Both the position numbers and the translations under genes were made by a program. The notes below the pieces were generated by a model that was not told where the DNA came from, did not search any database, and was given only the letters and a program-made list of their open reading frames with translations. A stretch of DNA of 64,000 nt from an uncultured bacterium (GTDB lineage: Bacteria; Patescibacteriota; Patescibacteriia; Patescibacteriales; UBA12465), in NCBI GenBank assembly GCA_942492765.1, contig OW818634.1, forward strand, positions 345,159 through 409,158, written 5' to 3'. This document shows positions 8,491 to 18,504 of the stretch, in pieces. Every line of letters starts with the position of its first letter. Position 1 is the stretch's first letter.

Positions 8491-9918
8491 ATGCTAAAAA
8501 ATAAACACTCCCTGCTAGAGGGTCCAATCATAAAATCTCTGCTAACTTTAGCCTTACCGATAATTATTGCTAATGTTTTTCAGGCTGCCTATCAATTGAC
8601 TGATTCTTTCTGGGTTGGGCGCTTAGGCGAAAAGGCGGTCGCATCGGTCGCTATCAGCTCTCCGGTCATCTTCCTGTTGACTTCTTTGGGGATAGGTTTT
8701 GCTGTCGCCGGCTCGACTCTGACTGCTCAATACTTCGGCGCCAAAAAAGAGAAAATGGTCAACCATTCGGCCGCTCAGACCTTATTGATGGTTGGTGGCG
8801 TCTCTCTGCTGCTCAGTCTTATCGGCTTGATTTTCGCGCCGCAGATATTGAAACTGATCGGCGCTCCGGCCGACATCTACGCGACTGCTCTGAGCTATAT
8901 GCGTGTGGTCTTCATCGGCCTCCTGCCTAATTTCTGTTTCTTCATGTTCCAGTCTATAATGCGCAGTATCGGCAAGCCTTCCCTGCCGGTCTATATAGTC
9001 ATCGGTACGGTCATCCTTAATTTTATCCTCGACCCCTTATTCATGTTCGGCTGGGGCTTCATCCCGCGCCTGGAAGTTGCCGGCGTCGCTTTCGCGACTT
9101 TAATGACTCAGACTTTAGCGGCCGTCATCGGCTTCGCCATCCTCTTCTCTGGCAAGCGCGGCATCCATCTGAAGCTAAGATATCTTATTCCTGATAAAAA
9201 ATTCATTTCCCGCTCTTTCTTCCTAGGACTGCCAGCCTCTATCGAGCAATCTGCCCGCAGCCTAGGCATGGTCGTCATGACCTCGCTCATTGCCGGCTTC
9301 GGAACTTTGGCCGTCGCTTCTTACGGCGCCGCTTCTAACATAATTCAATTAATCATCATCGTCTCCATCGGCCTGTCCGCTGCGACGGCGACTCTAGCCG
9401 GACAAAATATCGGCGCCGGCAATATCGAAAGAGCTGAACGCATCGTGAAGCTGAGCATGAGAATCTCGTTCATCAGCTTATCTATCGCCGGGCTGTTAGT
9501 TTACTTCTTCGCGCCCGCTCTCATAGCCTTCTTCGTGCCTAATGACGCGGCGATTGTCGCTGGCGGCGCGGCTTTCCTGCGCATCCTAGCTTTAAGCTTC
9601 GGCTTAATAGGCATCCAGATGTCGGTCAATGCGATCATGCAAGCTTCCGGGAATACTCTGACCTCAATGATCATCACTCTGACTTCGCAATGGGCGTTGC
9701 AGTTGCCCCTCGCTTTTGTGCTTTCTAAATATACTTCTCTAGGCATAAACGGCCTTTGGTATGCTTTCCCCGCAACCAACGTCTTGATCGCCTTGATTGC
9801 TTTCCTCACTTTCAGGACCGGAAGATGGAAGAAAAAACGCCTGACATCTGATGACAGGCTCGCTTCGGAAATATCCGAGAATATCCAAACCGAGGAACTA
9901 GTTCCTTACGACGCTTAA
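8491..9918 (+). CDS. MATE family efflux transporter
   Basis: 475-aa ORF with about 12 TM segments. The N-terminal L.LA.P......Q..Y...D..WVGRLG motif is typical of MATE/NorM. Confidence 0.9.
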   Translation: MLKNKHSLLEGPIIKSLLTLALPIIIANVFQAAYQLTDSFWVGRLGEKAVASVAISSPVIFLLTSLGIGFAVAGSTLTAQYFGAKKEKMVNHSAAQTLLMVGGVSLLLSLIGLIFAPQILKLIGAPADIYATALSYMRVVFIGLLPNFCFFMFQSIMRSIGKPSLPVYIVIGTVILNFILDPLFMFGWGFIPRLEVAGVAFATLMTQTLAAVIGFAILFSGKRGIHLKLRYLIPDKKFISRSFFLGLPASIEQSARSLGMVVMTSLIAGFGTLAVASYGAASNIIQLIIIVSIGLSAATATLAGQNIGAGNIERAERIVKLSMRISFISLSIAGLLVYFFAPALIAFFVPNDAAIVAGGAAFLRILALSFGLIGIQMSVNAIMQASGNTLTSMIITLTSQWALQLPLAFVLSKYTSLGINGLWYAFPATNVLIALIAFLTFRTGRWKKKRLTSDDRLASEISENIQTEELVPYDA

Positions 9919-9936
9919 TTTAATAATCACCAGCAG

Positions 9937-9960
9937 AACCGGGATTAAAACCCGGTTTTT
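9937..9960 (+). terminator. intrinsic terminator after the MATE gene
   Basis: The stem aaccggg/cccggtt is followed by a T run. Confidence 0.55.
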
Positions 9961-9979
9961 TGTTTTATCCACAGATACC

Positions 9980-10008
9980 TTGTATAAAAAGGTAGCAGGT
10001 GATATACT
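9980..10008 (+). promoter_or_regulatory. sigma70-type promoter: TTGTAT, 17-nt spacer, (TGa)TATACT
   Basis: The -35 box is at 9980-9985 and the extended -10 at 10000-10008, 29 nt upstream of the PadR ATG. Confidence 0.5.
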
Positions 10009-10037
10009 GTTATCAAGACAATAAAAAATCCAAAAAT

Positions 10038-10379
10038 ATGGAAAATGATTTTAAAAAATCCCTGGAGAACGCCGCTGCGCAGATGCGCAAAGGCGTCTTG
10101 GAATTCGCCATCCTTCTCGTCATCGCTAAGCGCAAAACTTATGCCAACGAAATAATTTCCCGCCTGAAAGAGGCCCGACTCACTGTCGTCGAAGGGACTG
10201 TCTATCCTCTCCTCTCCCGGCTGAAGAACGCCGAATTATTAGACTATGACTGGAAGGAATCTAAATCCGGACCGCCGCGAAAATATTATACTTTGACTGA
10301 AAGAGGCCGGCAATTTTTAAAGGGTTGCGATGAACAATGGCAAAATTTAGAGAAAGCGATTGATAATTTAAAAAAATAA
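10038..10379 (+). CDS. PadR family transcriptional regulator
   Basis: The winged-helix motif G.L....L......Y..EI...L........EGT.YP.L.RL....L......ES..GP.RKYY.LT..G is present. The ORF-track start at 9999 is likely too early, so I use the ATG at 10038. Confidence 0.9.
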   Translation: MENDFKKSLENAAAQMRKGVLEFAILLVIAKRKTYANEIISRLKEARLTVVEGTVYPLLSRLKNAELLDYDWKESKSGPPRKYYTLTERGRQFLKGCDEQWQNLEKAIDNLKK

Positions 10380-10383
10380 TCAT

Positions 10384-11763
10384 ATGGAAAAAACAATTTC
10401 AATAAACCTCAGCGGACAAAATTTCTTAATCGAAGAAGAAGCTTATGAAAAACTCGCGGCATATCTAGAGAGCATAAAACGCCACTGCGGCGCCGGCGCT
10501 GACTCCGTCGAAGTTATTGCCGATATTGAAAACAGCATGGCCGAAAAATTAAGATCATCTCTGACGCCCTATAAAGAAATAATCACTGTTAAGGACGTGG
10601 AAGCCCTGATAACGATTATGGGGACCATCGAAGATTTTAATCGTGAAGTTGGTAATTTCGATGAGGCAGACAGCGAAGCGGGCGGGACGGCCAAGAAAAT
10701 GAGGCGCAAGCTTTATCGCGATACCGACAATGCCGTCATCGGCGGCGTCGCCGCCGGACTAGGCGCTTATTTCGATATCGATCCGGTTCTTTTTCGCATC
10801 GTCTTCTGCGGTTTGATATTCGCCGCCGGCAGCGGACTTTTGGTCTATATTCTCCTCTGGATTGCGATGCCGGAAGCGAAAACCGCTCATCAAAAACTAG
10901 AGATGCAGGGGCAGACGCCGACTCTCGCTGCTTTTAAGAACCTGGCAAAAACCGGAAAGCAGCTCCAAGAGAATTGGAAAAAACGCTGGCGCAAGCGTTC
11001 GGCCTTGGAAAAAATTTTTAATCTCCCGCTACTCATCATTAATGGACTATTTTTCGCCTTAAAAAACATCTGGCAAGTTGTCTGGCCTGTGATAAAATTC
11101 TGTTTCGGATTATTTCTAACGGTTTTTTCCTTTATTGTTTTAGGTCTCACCGGGGTCGGCAGCTTGTTTTTACTTTTATATAACAGCCCTTCTTGTTACC
11201 TCTCTTTCATCCCTATTTCAGAAATGACTCGGGCTATTCCCTATACTTGGATTATCGTCTCCGGCTTTCTGTCCTTGGCCATACCGGCCATTCTCGTTCT
11301 GATCGGCGGCCTTGCTATCCTGCGCCGAAAAAATATCATGAATTTTGCCGCTGGATCTATCTTGGTCGGAATCTGGATGGCAGCCGGGATATCGTTCTGC
11401 GCTTTGGGATTGCGCTATTACCCGGAATTAGAAAAAAAATTCAATGATTATCCTTTAACCATTGAATCGGAAAAACTAATCGATATGACCGGAATAAAAG
11501 AAGTGGAAACGAACAGCTATTATATAAATGTCGCGGTCAGCGCCGCCACCAGTACCCCGGCCACTCTAAGCGGACGCGCGGTTGATTTGGAAAATATCGC
11601 CATCAGCCGCGAAGGGGAAAAATTAATTCTTAAAGAAAAGCCTTTCCATTTTGATGGCATCTGCTTTGATTGCCATCTACGGCCCGTGACATTACAGATC
11701 GCGACCAGCTCGACTCTAAAAATAAACCCCGACACTGCTAGCTCCACCGAAAAAGCCCTCTAA
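10384..11763 (+). CDS. PspC domain-containing membrane protein
   Basis: The PspC motif RKLYRDTDNAVIGGVAAGLGAYFDIDPVLFRIVF is followed by multiple TM segments. Pairing with an upstream PadR is common. Confidence 0.8.
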   Translation: MEKTISINLSGQNFLIEEEAYEKLAAYLESIKRHCGAGADSVEVIADIENSMAEKLRSSLTPYKEIITVKDVEALITIMGTIEDFNREVGNFDEADSEAGGTAKKMRRKLYRDTDNAVIGGVAAGLGAYFDIDPVLFRIVFCGLIFAAGSGLLVYILLWIAMPEAKTAHQKLEMQGQTPTLAAFKNLAKTGKQLQENWKKRWRKRSALEKIFNLPLLIINGLFFALKNIWQVVWPVIKFCFGLFLTVFSFIVLGLTGVGSLFLLLYNSPSCYLSFIPISEMTRAIPYTWIIVSGFLSLAIPAILVLIGGLAILRRKNIMNFAAGSILVGIWMAAGISFCALGLRYYPELEKKFNDYPLTIESEKLIDMTGIKEVETNSYYINVAVSAATSTPATLSGRAVDLENIAISREGEKLILKEKPFHFDGICFDCHLRPVTLQIATSSTLKINPDTASSTEKAL

Positions 11764-11776
11764 TGAGGGCTTTTTG
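11752..11776 (+). terminator. intrinsic terminator overlapping the PspC-gene stop
   Basis: The stem aaagccctc/gagggcttt is followed by a T run. Confidence 0.55.
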
Positions 11777-11962
11777 TCAATCAATAGATTGAAAAAAATC
11801 ACAATGTCCGTCTGACGGCACCTCGCTCTGAGCTTCTGAGCAGAATCCGCGACCATTCTCCGGAGTAAAGCTTGAGCAATGGCGGCACTGGCTCGCTTCG
11901 TTCGGCCAATCAGCCATAAATTCCGCCTCGATTTCATGGGACATAAGCTTTCTTATTATAAT

Positions 11963-13957
11963 CTATTTCTTATCTTTTGTTGCGGCCGCTTTCTTGGCCG
12001 GCGCCGGGGTCTTAGCAGCTTGAATCTCTAGAATAGGAGCGCCTGCCGGCGCTTTCTGGGTTAACGGCAACGTAAAAAAGAAAGTCGCGCCTTGGCCAAG
12101 CTCGCTAATCACTCCGATCTGCCCGCCTAGACTCTCAATATTCTGCTTACAGATATAAAGACCCAGGCCCATGCCATCCTGAGAGCGGGAAAGAGACGGC
12201 TCAAGCTGAGAAAATTTTAAAAACAAGCTCTTCTGCTTCTCTTTAGATATGCCCTGCCCGGCGCCGGTGACAGCCAAGCGTACAGTCTCCGCGTCTGGCT
12301 TGGTCACTAGGACTGTTATAGTCTGATTCTTCGGACCATATTTAACGGCATTATCGACAAAATTATAGACTACTTGCGAAATCTTGAGCTTATCGCCTTC
12401 CATATTTATTCCCTTAGCCTGAATATCGAAAGCGACTTTAGATTCTGACCGCTTCGCTAAAATTCCTAAAGATGTTTCCATCGAGGCGATCAGTTCATCA
12501 AAAACTAATTTTTCTATACTGACCCCAGTCTTGCCGATTTCGTTACGACTGGCAGTAAGCATCGTCTTGATCAGATTAGTCAATTTTAAGCCCTCAGTAT
12601 GGATGAGCGAGATAAAACCTTTATAATCCTCAGGGATGGTCTTGGGCTGTTTCTCCATGACCTCAGACAAGCCGACAATAGAGATGAGCGGGGTCTTGAG
12701 TTCATGGGTCGCGATATTCAAAACTTCATTCTTTAAGCGGTCGACCTCTTTCAGTTGATTAATAGTCACTTTAGCAGCCGCGAGTTCGGTCACATCCACG
12801 CCAGTTCCGAGAATCGCCTGCGCGGCATTGCTATCGTTCTTTAGAACGCTGAAATGCCAGACTATATTCTTTTCTGCTTTATCCTTAGCGATGAGCACGT
12901 TCTCAATCGTGTCATTCGGGGTGATATCGCCGACCAAGAAATTCAAAAGGCTGCGGGTCTTGATCTGATCGGCTTTCTTGACGAAAAGAGTAACCCAGTC
13001 CTTCCCCATGATATCTTCGGCTTCAGCTTTCAATATTTCCCGGCCTTTCTTGTTGATGAGCAGAACATTATTATTAACATCGAAAATAAGGACAAGAACG
13101 CCGGCCACATCCAGATACTGTTGTAATTTTCGTTTCTCCGACTTGAGATGATTGCGCGAATTCTTTATCTCCGTATTATACTCCTGTAATTTCTTAACGC
13201 TTGATTTTAGAGAGATGATCATCGTATGGAAAGCGTTAGCGAGAATGGAAAATTCGTCATTGCCTTGTACGAGTGTCTTATCTACCTCGACGTCGAGATT
13301 TCCGCCTTCGATTACCCAGGCCAGCTTCGTCAGTTTAATAAGCGGCATGATCAGTTTGCCGGAAAAAAAGAACGCGTACCAGACGCAGCCCGCTGTTGTC
13401 AGTATCAGCAGCAGGACGGCTAAAAGTCCGCTGATCAGGTTAATCCTGTCGATCTCGACTTGCAGATTCTTGGCATATTCGAATTCCGCCAAGAGGAGCT
13501 TATTGACGTTCTCTTGGACAAAGGTATTCTTCCGGCTGGCGGCCTCATAACGGCTCACAGCTTCCAGATAATCGCCGGCGGCGAGATTATTGACGCCGAT
13601 TTCTATATCGAAAATGACGTCATTGATGTTGTTCTCCAGACCATTAAAGACTATACGGCTCTTATTATTAACGATGGAATTATTGAGCCCGGCTAAGATG
13701 TTTTTGGTATCGGAATAAAACTGATTGAAGCGGCCTATCTCCGCCTGATTAGACGGAGACTTGATGCGCTTATCAAAAGAAGAGACTAGGCTAGAAGTGT
13801 CGCCGATAAGAGTGAATTCTGAAATCATGTTACCGGCCAGATTTCGATATTTAGACAGGATCAGGCGATCCATCGCGACAAAAAAGCTCTCCGAGATCAA
13901 TAAGACCGCGATAATCGTAAAGAACGAGATTAAGATTTTTTTCTTGATATTCTGCAT
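11963..13957 (-). CDS. sensor histidine kinase (2 TM, extracytoplasmic domain, HAMP, PAS, HisKA, HATPase_c)
   Basis: The H-box ATHELKTPL is present, with N/G boxes DNAVKYG, G.G.GIS and GMGLGLYI. The start is set at MQNIKKK to avoid overlapping the upstream gene. Confidence 0.85.
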   Translation of the reverse strand: MQNIKKKILISFFTIIAVLLISESFFVAMDRLILSKYRNLAGNMISEFTLIGDTSSLVSSFDKRIKSPSNQAEIGRFNQFYSDTKNILAGLNNSIVNNKSRIVFNGLENNINDVIFDIEIGVNNLAAGDYLEAVSRYEAASRKNTFVQENVNKLLLAEFEYAKNLQVEIDRINLISGLLAVLLLILTTAGCVWYAFFFSGKLIMPLIKLTKLAWVIEGGNLDVEVDKTLVQGNDEFSILANAFHTMIISLKSSVKKLQEYNTEIKNSRNHLKSEKRKLQQYLDVAGVLVLIFDVNNNVLLINKKGREILKAEAEDIMGKDWVTLFVKKADQIKTRSLLNFLVGDITPNDTIENVLIAKDKAEKNIVWHFSVLKNDSNAAQAILGTGVDVTELAAAKVTINQLKEVDRLKNEVLNIATHELKTPLISIVGLSEVMEKQPKTIPEDYKGFISLIHTEGLKLTNLIKTMLTASRNEIGKTGVSIEKLVFDELIASMETSLGILAKRSESKVAFDIQAKGINMEGDKLKISQVVYNFVDNAVKYGPKNQTITVLVTKPDAETVRLAVTGAGQGISKEKQKSLFLKFSQLEPSLSRSQDGMGLGLYICKQNIESLGGQIGVISELGQGATFFFTLPLTQKAPAGAPILEIQAAKTPAPAKKAAATKDKK

Positions 13958-13976
13958 ATAGCGCTTCTGAAATTGC

Positions 13977-15023
13977 TTATTGCTGAGCGGACTTATAAAC
14001 TTCTTCGTAAGTATAGAACCCATCCTTGATTATAGTCCCCATTATATTCTTCTTATAGACGATCGAGGGTTCAAAAAAATATGAGGACACCATAATCTTC
14101 CCATTATTGATGACATCCGTAACTTCCAGCGCCTCGCCTTTAGCGAGCGCAACAGCACTCTCGGCCGCCTTATAGGCCAAAGAGCTGATGGGTTTATAAA
14201 CAGTAGAAAATTGCGTGCCAGCCACTATCCTCTGAACGGCTGAAAGATCGGCATCTTGACCGGAGACCACCACCTTGCCGTCCAATCCTCTTTCTTTAAG
14301 GGCCTGGACAACGCCGGAAGCAATACCGTCGTTAGCCGCTATAACGGCATCAACTGTCTGTCCGGACTCAAGATATTCTTTCATCGTCTTATAGGCTTCC
14401 TCGGGTTTCCAATCGTCGGTAAACTTATCTACGACCATTTTGATTTCTCCGCCGATAATCCTTGAGGCTAGGGCATTCATGGTTCCGTCCCGAAAAAGGT
14501 GAGAATTATTATCAGACGGCGAGCCGCCGATATAAGCAAAGTTTCCTTTGTCGATTACGGACAAGACGCTTTCCGCCTGCAGCTTCCCGACCGTCGTATT
14601 ATCAAACGAGATATAGAGATCTATATCGCTGTCTTTTATCAGACGATCATAAGAAATCACTTTTATCCCCGCCTGTTTAGCCTTTTCTATCGCCGGCCAG
14701 ATAGCTTCCGAGTCGGAAGGCATGACAACTATCACGCTGACGCCTTGGCTGACAAGGCTCTCAATCTGCAAGATCTCTTTTTCAATATCATAATCCGAAG
14801 AAACGACACTGACTTCCGCTTCCAGTTCTTGAGCTCTCTTGATGAATAACTCCTTGTCCTTGACCCATCTTTCTTCGCGAGTCGCGCCTACGGAAAAACC
14901 GATGATTATCGGTTTCTCTCCGGCTAAATACGTCTGCTTCTCGTTCAATAAGCGATTAAAAAAATAGATGCCGCCCAAGACCAGCGAGGCTAGGAGAACC
15001 AGGACGATTATGATTTTTTTCAT
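13977..15023 (-). CDS. periplasmic-binding-protein fold (sugar/XylF-like type I) solute-binding protein
   Basis: It has a signal anchor. The IGFS......R W..D......A...G......S..D...Q..QIE.L...G V..I.. pattern is typical of Peripla_BP_4 proteins. Confidence 0.75.
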   Translation of the reverse strand: MKKIIIVLVLLASLVLGGIYFFNRLLNEKQTYLAGEKPIIIGFSVGATREERWVKDKELFIKRAQELEAEVSVVSSDYDIEKEILQIESLVSQGVSVIVVMPSDSEAIWPAIEKAKQAGIKVISYDRLIKDSDIDLYISFDNTTVGKLQAESVLSVIDKGNFAYIGGSPSDNNSHLFRDGTMNALASRIIGGEIKMVVDKFTDDWKPEEAYKTMKEYLESGQTVDAVIAANDGIASGVVQALKERGLDGKVVVSGQDADLSAVQRIVAGTQFSTVYKPISSLAYKAAESAVALAKGEALEVTDVINNGKIMVSSYFFEPSIVYKKNIMGTIIKDGFYTYEEVYKSAQQ

Positions 15024-15026
15024 ATA

Positions 15027-15836
15027 TTAAAACTTGACCCACTTCGTCTCTATCTCCTCCAGCGTTCCATCCTTCTCCATATCCGATAAGATAGAGTTGA
15101 TTCTCTGCGTCAAAGAATCGTTGCCGATCTTAGTGATGATGCCGTAGGTCTCTTTAGTAAAAGGGACGCCGACTATCTTTAGCCCGGTATTATTCTTTAT
15201 CATATCCAAAGCCTGGATATAATCGACTATGATCACATCGAATTTTCCGCTCTTGAGGTCATTGACAATATTGAGCCCGCCGCCCTCGGAGCTATCAAAG
15301 CTGAGATAGGGGAAAATAGCGTTTTCCGCGGTATATTTCCGAGCTTCATCCTGGCCAGTGGTATCCTTCTGAACAGCAATTTTCTGGCCCGCCAAATTGG
15401 CTACGCCCCTGATCGTCTGGTTATCCGAGCGGACGACTATCACCTGCCCGCCATGGAAATAATGATCACTGAAGAGAACCTCCTTCTGGCGCTCTGGAGT
15501 AATGGTAATGCTGGAAATAGCTAAATCTATCTCGCCGTTCTTGACTTCGGAAAATAATTGATCCCAACCGCGGTCTTCAAATGCTAATTTTACGCCCAAG
15601 CGAGAAGCTATTTCTTTGGCCACATCGACGTCAACGCCGGCCGGATTATTATTCGCGTCAAAAAATTCCATCACCCCATACGGAATATCAGAACCGACTA
15701 TTAAAGTCCCCTTCTTTTCAATATTAGCCAAAGAATTATCGGCTGTCCTAAAATTTTCATACCAAGTCCATATTCCCGCGGCCGCAGCGATGACTAGGAT
15801 CGCCGAGACAGCGAGAAGCAAAATCTTTTTTTTCAT
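15027..15836 (-). CDS. type II (SBP_bac_3, amino-acid-type) solute-binding protein
   Basis: It has a signal anchor. The G.L.VG.D..Y.P.EF.D......G.DVD.A.EIA..LGVK..F....W motif is present. Confidence 0.8.
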   Translation of the reverse strand: MKKKILLLAVSAILVIAAAAGIWTWYENFRTADNSLANIEKKGTLIVGSDIPYGVMEFFDANNNPAGVDVDVAKEIASRLGVKLAFEDRGWDQLFSEVKNGEIDLAISSITITPERQKEVLFSDHYFHGGQVIVVRSDNQTIRGVANLAGQKIAVQKDTTGQDEARKYTAENAIFPYLSFDSSEGGGLNIVNDLKSGKFDVIIVDYIQALDMIKNNTGLKIVGVPFTKETYGIITKIGNDSLTQRINSILSDMEKDGTLEEIETKWVKF

Positions 15837-15943
15837 AGAGATTATAATATTACGGGCTAATTAGCCCTGCCACTGATTACGGGGCTCAGGCCCTCGCTAA
15901 TGGCTATTGCATTATATTCTTTATAATTATAACATATTATGGT

Positions 15944-16348
15944 ATGAAAATAAATTATCTCAAGAGCAGCTTTATTTTCTGGAGGAAACTGATCAATGCC
16001 TGGTCTTTTCTGTTTTTCACCATGATAATAATAGACTTCGCTTATAATAACGCCTACGAAGACATCTTGAACGCAATCGCTACTATCTATATCACCGTCT
16101 TAGCGATTTATGTCAGCAACAAGGAGTTCGAGCGCTGGTACGACCGGCATGAAGAAAACCACCCCGGGGAGATATTTGTCATTATCTGGACGGTTCTCAT
16201 AATCGTTTTCTTCTTGCTAGACCTCATATACGGCAAGACCTATAAGCTGCCCGGGGCAGTCGTTTCCGCCTATATTGCCGTACTGACTATCTTGGTCATC
16301 ACTCGTAAATCTAAAGAATTATATAAGCTCCGGCGGCGGAAAAAATAA
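15944..16348 (+). CDS. hypothetical 4-TM membrane protein
   Basis: 134-aa hydrophobic ORF with a basic C-terminus. Confidence 0.5.
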   Translation: MKINYLKSSFIFWRKLINAWSFLFFTMIIIDFAYNNAYEDILNAIATIYITVLAIYVSNKEFERWYDRHEENHPGEIFVIIWTVLIIVFFLLDLIYGKTYKLPGAVVSAYIAVLTILVITRKSKELYKLRRRKK

Positions 16349-16377
16349 TAGCCTGAATACCCTGCTTTAAGATATCT

Positions 16378-16406
16378 AAAAAACGGCCCGCATCGGACCG
16401 TTTTTT
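16378..16406. terminator. bidirectional hairpin between convergent genes
   Basis: The stem aacggcccg/cggaccgtt has an A run upstream and a T run downstream. Confidence 0.5.
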
Positions 16407-16425
16407 ATATCTTGATTTAGGGAAT

Positions 16426-16809
16426 TTAGAAACAACTCTTAGCTTTCAGATAATCACTGACTGAAGGCGCCTCTCCGGACTTTATCTGAGTGACTCTTTC
16501 CTGCCCTAAAAATTCCACAGCGCATTTCTCCTGAGCCGGAGTTATGGCCGTCGGTACGGTCTTCAGGTCGACGCCCAATGTTTGCAGCGTCTTTTCCTGA
16601 GACGGAGACAGAAGGGGGTGATCATAAGTCGTTTCGGAACTCTTGCTCGCCGGGCTGAAGATATCGGCGTTTATGCCCAAAGGCTTCTTGATCACTATAT
16701 AAGCCAGTAATAGAATAGCTAAGAAAATAAAAGCAACCGCAATAATACCGACGATCATGAAAAATTTTTTTAGAATCAAAAACTTTCCCGGCTTCTGGTT
16801 CTCAGACAT
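16426..16809 (-). CDS. hypothetical single-pass membrane protein
   Basis: The ORF is trimmed to MSENQKPG. One TM segment is followed by an extracytoplasmic tail. Confidence 0.45.
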   Translation of the reverse strand: MSENQKPGKFLILKKFFMIVGIIAVAFIFLAILLLAYIVIKKPLGINADIFSPASKSSETTYDHPLLSPSQEKTLQTLGVDLKTVPTAITPAQEKCAVEFLGQERVTQIKSGEAPSVSDYLKAKSCF

Positions 16810-16847
16810 ATTTTTTATATTATCCGGGGCGGACCCGGCGATCAAAA

Positions 16848-17756
16848 TTATTTAGCGAATAGCCGATTGAGCCAGCCGAACAGGCTAGCTCCTTGCTGGG
16901 CGTAACCCAAAGAATTTTCTATTTCTAGATCAGCCTGTTCAAGCAGCTTTATCTGTTCTGTCAGCTGCTGCTGATCGCCTTGATTAGCGAGCATATTCTT
17001 GACTTGATTCAATTGCTTTATCTGTTCGCGATTCTGTTCTAATGTCTTTTCAGCATTATTTATCTCCCCATAATTAGGGCCTAAGAAGAACTTAGCCAAG
17101 GCGCTCCGGCTCTGGACTTTAGCCAGGCTCGTTTCCAATTTCTCTTGATTCTGCGTCTGAGCCTGAGCAATCGTCTTTATCTGCTGGCCGATTCCGCCGT
17201 TTCTTTCGGAAATCTGCAGCATCGTCTGCACCGCGCTGGCTACCTGACTCCTTCTCTGCTGAGCGACAGCCGAACCCGCTTGATTCTCAGCCGGAGTACT
17301 AGTTCCGCTGCCATCCTGCAGCTTCTGTTGCGCTTGCTGCCTGGCCTGAATAGCAGAGTTCGTCCCTGATTGAGAAGCGTTTCCGGTCTGCATCTGCGCG
17401 TTATTCCCTGCCTGATTCTGGGCATTAACGCCCGTATTAGCCGTTTGAGTTTGGACCTTGACTTGGCCGCCGACCCCGTTGCCATCTTGGAGTTTCTGTT
17501 GAACCTGTGTCTGGACCGACGCGGCGGCTCTAGGGGCAGCCGGGTTAGCGACCTCGCTACTTTGGATCCGCTCTTCGGTCATCATCTGGACGTTCGCCTC
17601 CGCACCCGTATCAGCGGTCTGAGCCTGAACTTGAGCCTGGGTCTGGGTCTGCGTCTGCGTCTGCGTGCCTGCGCCGCTTGAACCAGCGGCGTAAACGCTG
17701 CCGGCTAGAGCGAGCGTCACCGCAATAGCGCTGACGATTAAAAGATTTTTTCTCAT
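16848..17756 (-). CDS. secreted Q/T/A-rich low-complexity protein with a C-terminal coiled coil
   Basis: It has a signal peptide (MRKNLLIVSAIAV..A), a TQTQTQTQTQAQVQAQ tract, two ~45-aa Q-rich repeats ending QQKLQDG.G, and a coiled-coil tail. Confidence 0.55.
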   Translation of the reverse strand: MRKNLLIVSAIAVTLALAGSVYAAGSSGAGTQTQTQTQTQAQVQAQTADTGAEANVQMMTEERIQSSEVANPAAPRAAASVQTQVQQKLQDGNGVGGQVKVQTQTANTGVNAQNQAGNNAQMQTGNASQSGTNSAIQARQQAQQKLQDGSGTSTPAENQAGSAVAQQRRSQVASAVQTMLQISERNGGIGQQIKTIAQAQTQNQEKLETSLAKVQSRSALAKFFLGPNYGEINNAEKTLEQNREQIKQLNQVKNMLANQGDQQQLTEQIKLLEQADLEIENSLGYAQQGASLFGWLNRLFAK

Positions 17757-17834
17757 ATTTTTTCCCATTCGGCTCGCTGGGCGGCTAGGCGCCAAGCGAA
17801 CATCATGGCTTAATTAACAACGTTTTATAAGATA

Positions 17835-17843
17835 AGTATAGCA
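17835..17843 (-). promoter_or_regulatory. extended -10 promoter element (tgctatact on the minus strand)
   Basis: It lies 78 nt upstream of the ATG at 17756. Confidence 0.4.
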
Positions 17844-17870
17844 TATCTTATAGACCCCTGCCAAAAAATA

Positions 17871-17897
17871 AAAACTCGGCATCAGCCGAGTTTTTTT
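17871..17897 (-). terminator. intrinsic terminator after the Ham1-like gene
   Basis: The stem aaaactcggc/gccgagtttt has flanking A and T runs. Confidence 0.55.
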
Positions 17898-17898
17898 A

Positions 17899-18504
17899 TC
17901 ATTGAAGTCCGATCTTATTTATGAAATCGCATAATTCCCGACCAATCGTTTTCTGCCAAAAATCATCTTGTTCTTCCGGCGTCATCTCGGCGACGTATCG
18001 ACCTGTTTCTGGACAGATCTGGATAGATTCCAGGGGGTAGTCTTTGATTGTCTTAGGGCTAGGTTGGCTGACGAAGAGGCGCGGCGATTTCATGATCATT
18101 TCCTCTGTCTGGCCGTCAGGATATGCCAAGCATATTCCATATTCCCAATAGCCGCCGATGCGGCCGCCGAGCTTTTCTACTAATCCAGAATAATGAGCTA
18201 ATACTTCTGAATCGGACGCCCGATCAGACCGACCGCCAATGCGACGCACATTAAGACCGGGCTGCTGCTCAAGCGCTAAGCCGTCGAGATAAAGGGCGTT
18301 ATCAGTCGAAAGAACTGGCGACCCGATAGCCGCGGCGTAAAAAATCGCCTTGCTTCTGGCGTTTTCTAGGGCCGTCGACCCGTCCTCTTTTATTTCGGGA
18401 AATTCCTGATCTGGCAATCCTTGAATTTCTAGATTAAGGGACTTAAGGGCACAGTTTATCTGCCAAATCTTGGCGCTGTTCTTGGTTCCGATGATTAGAG
18501 CCAT
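17899..18504 (-). CDS. non-canonical purine NTP pyrophosphatase-like protein (Ham1/RdgB family)
   Basis: It starts I.GT.N..K and has E.G.T..ENA..KA and S.DN.L.LDGL...PG motifs in Ham1 order. Confidence 0.55.
   Translation of the reverse strand: MALIIGTKNSAKIWQINCALKSLNLEIQGLPDQEFPEIKEDGSTALENARSKAIFYAAAIGSPVLSTDNALYLDGLALEQQPGLNVRRIGGRSDRASDSEVLAHYSGLVEKLGGRIGGYWEYGICLAYPDGQTEEMIMKSPRLFVSQPSPKTIKDYPLESIQICPETGRYVAEMTPEEQDDFWQKTIGRELCDFINKIGLQ

Noticed and set aside
17641-17664. Hexanucleotide microsatellite (gtctg[gc] x4) encoding the TQTQTQTQ tract, considered as a possible slipped-strand phase-variation switch.
   Set aside because: The unit length is a multiple of three, so slippage would change only the repeat length, not the reading frame. 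The repeat number is low.
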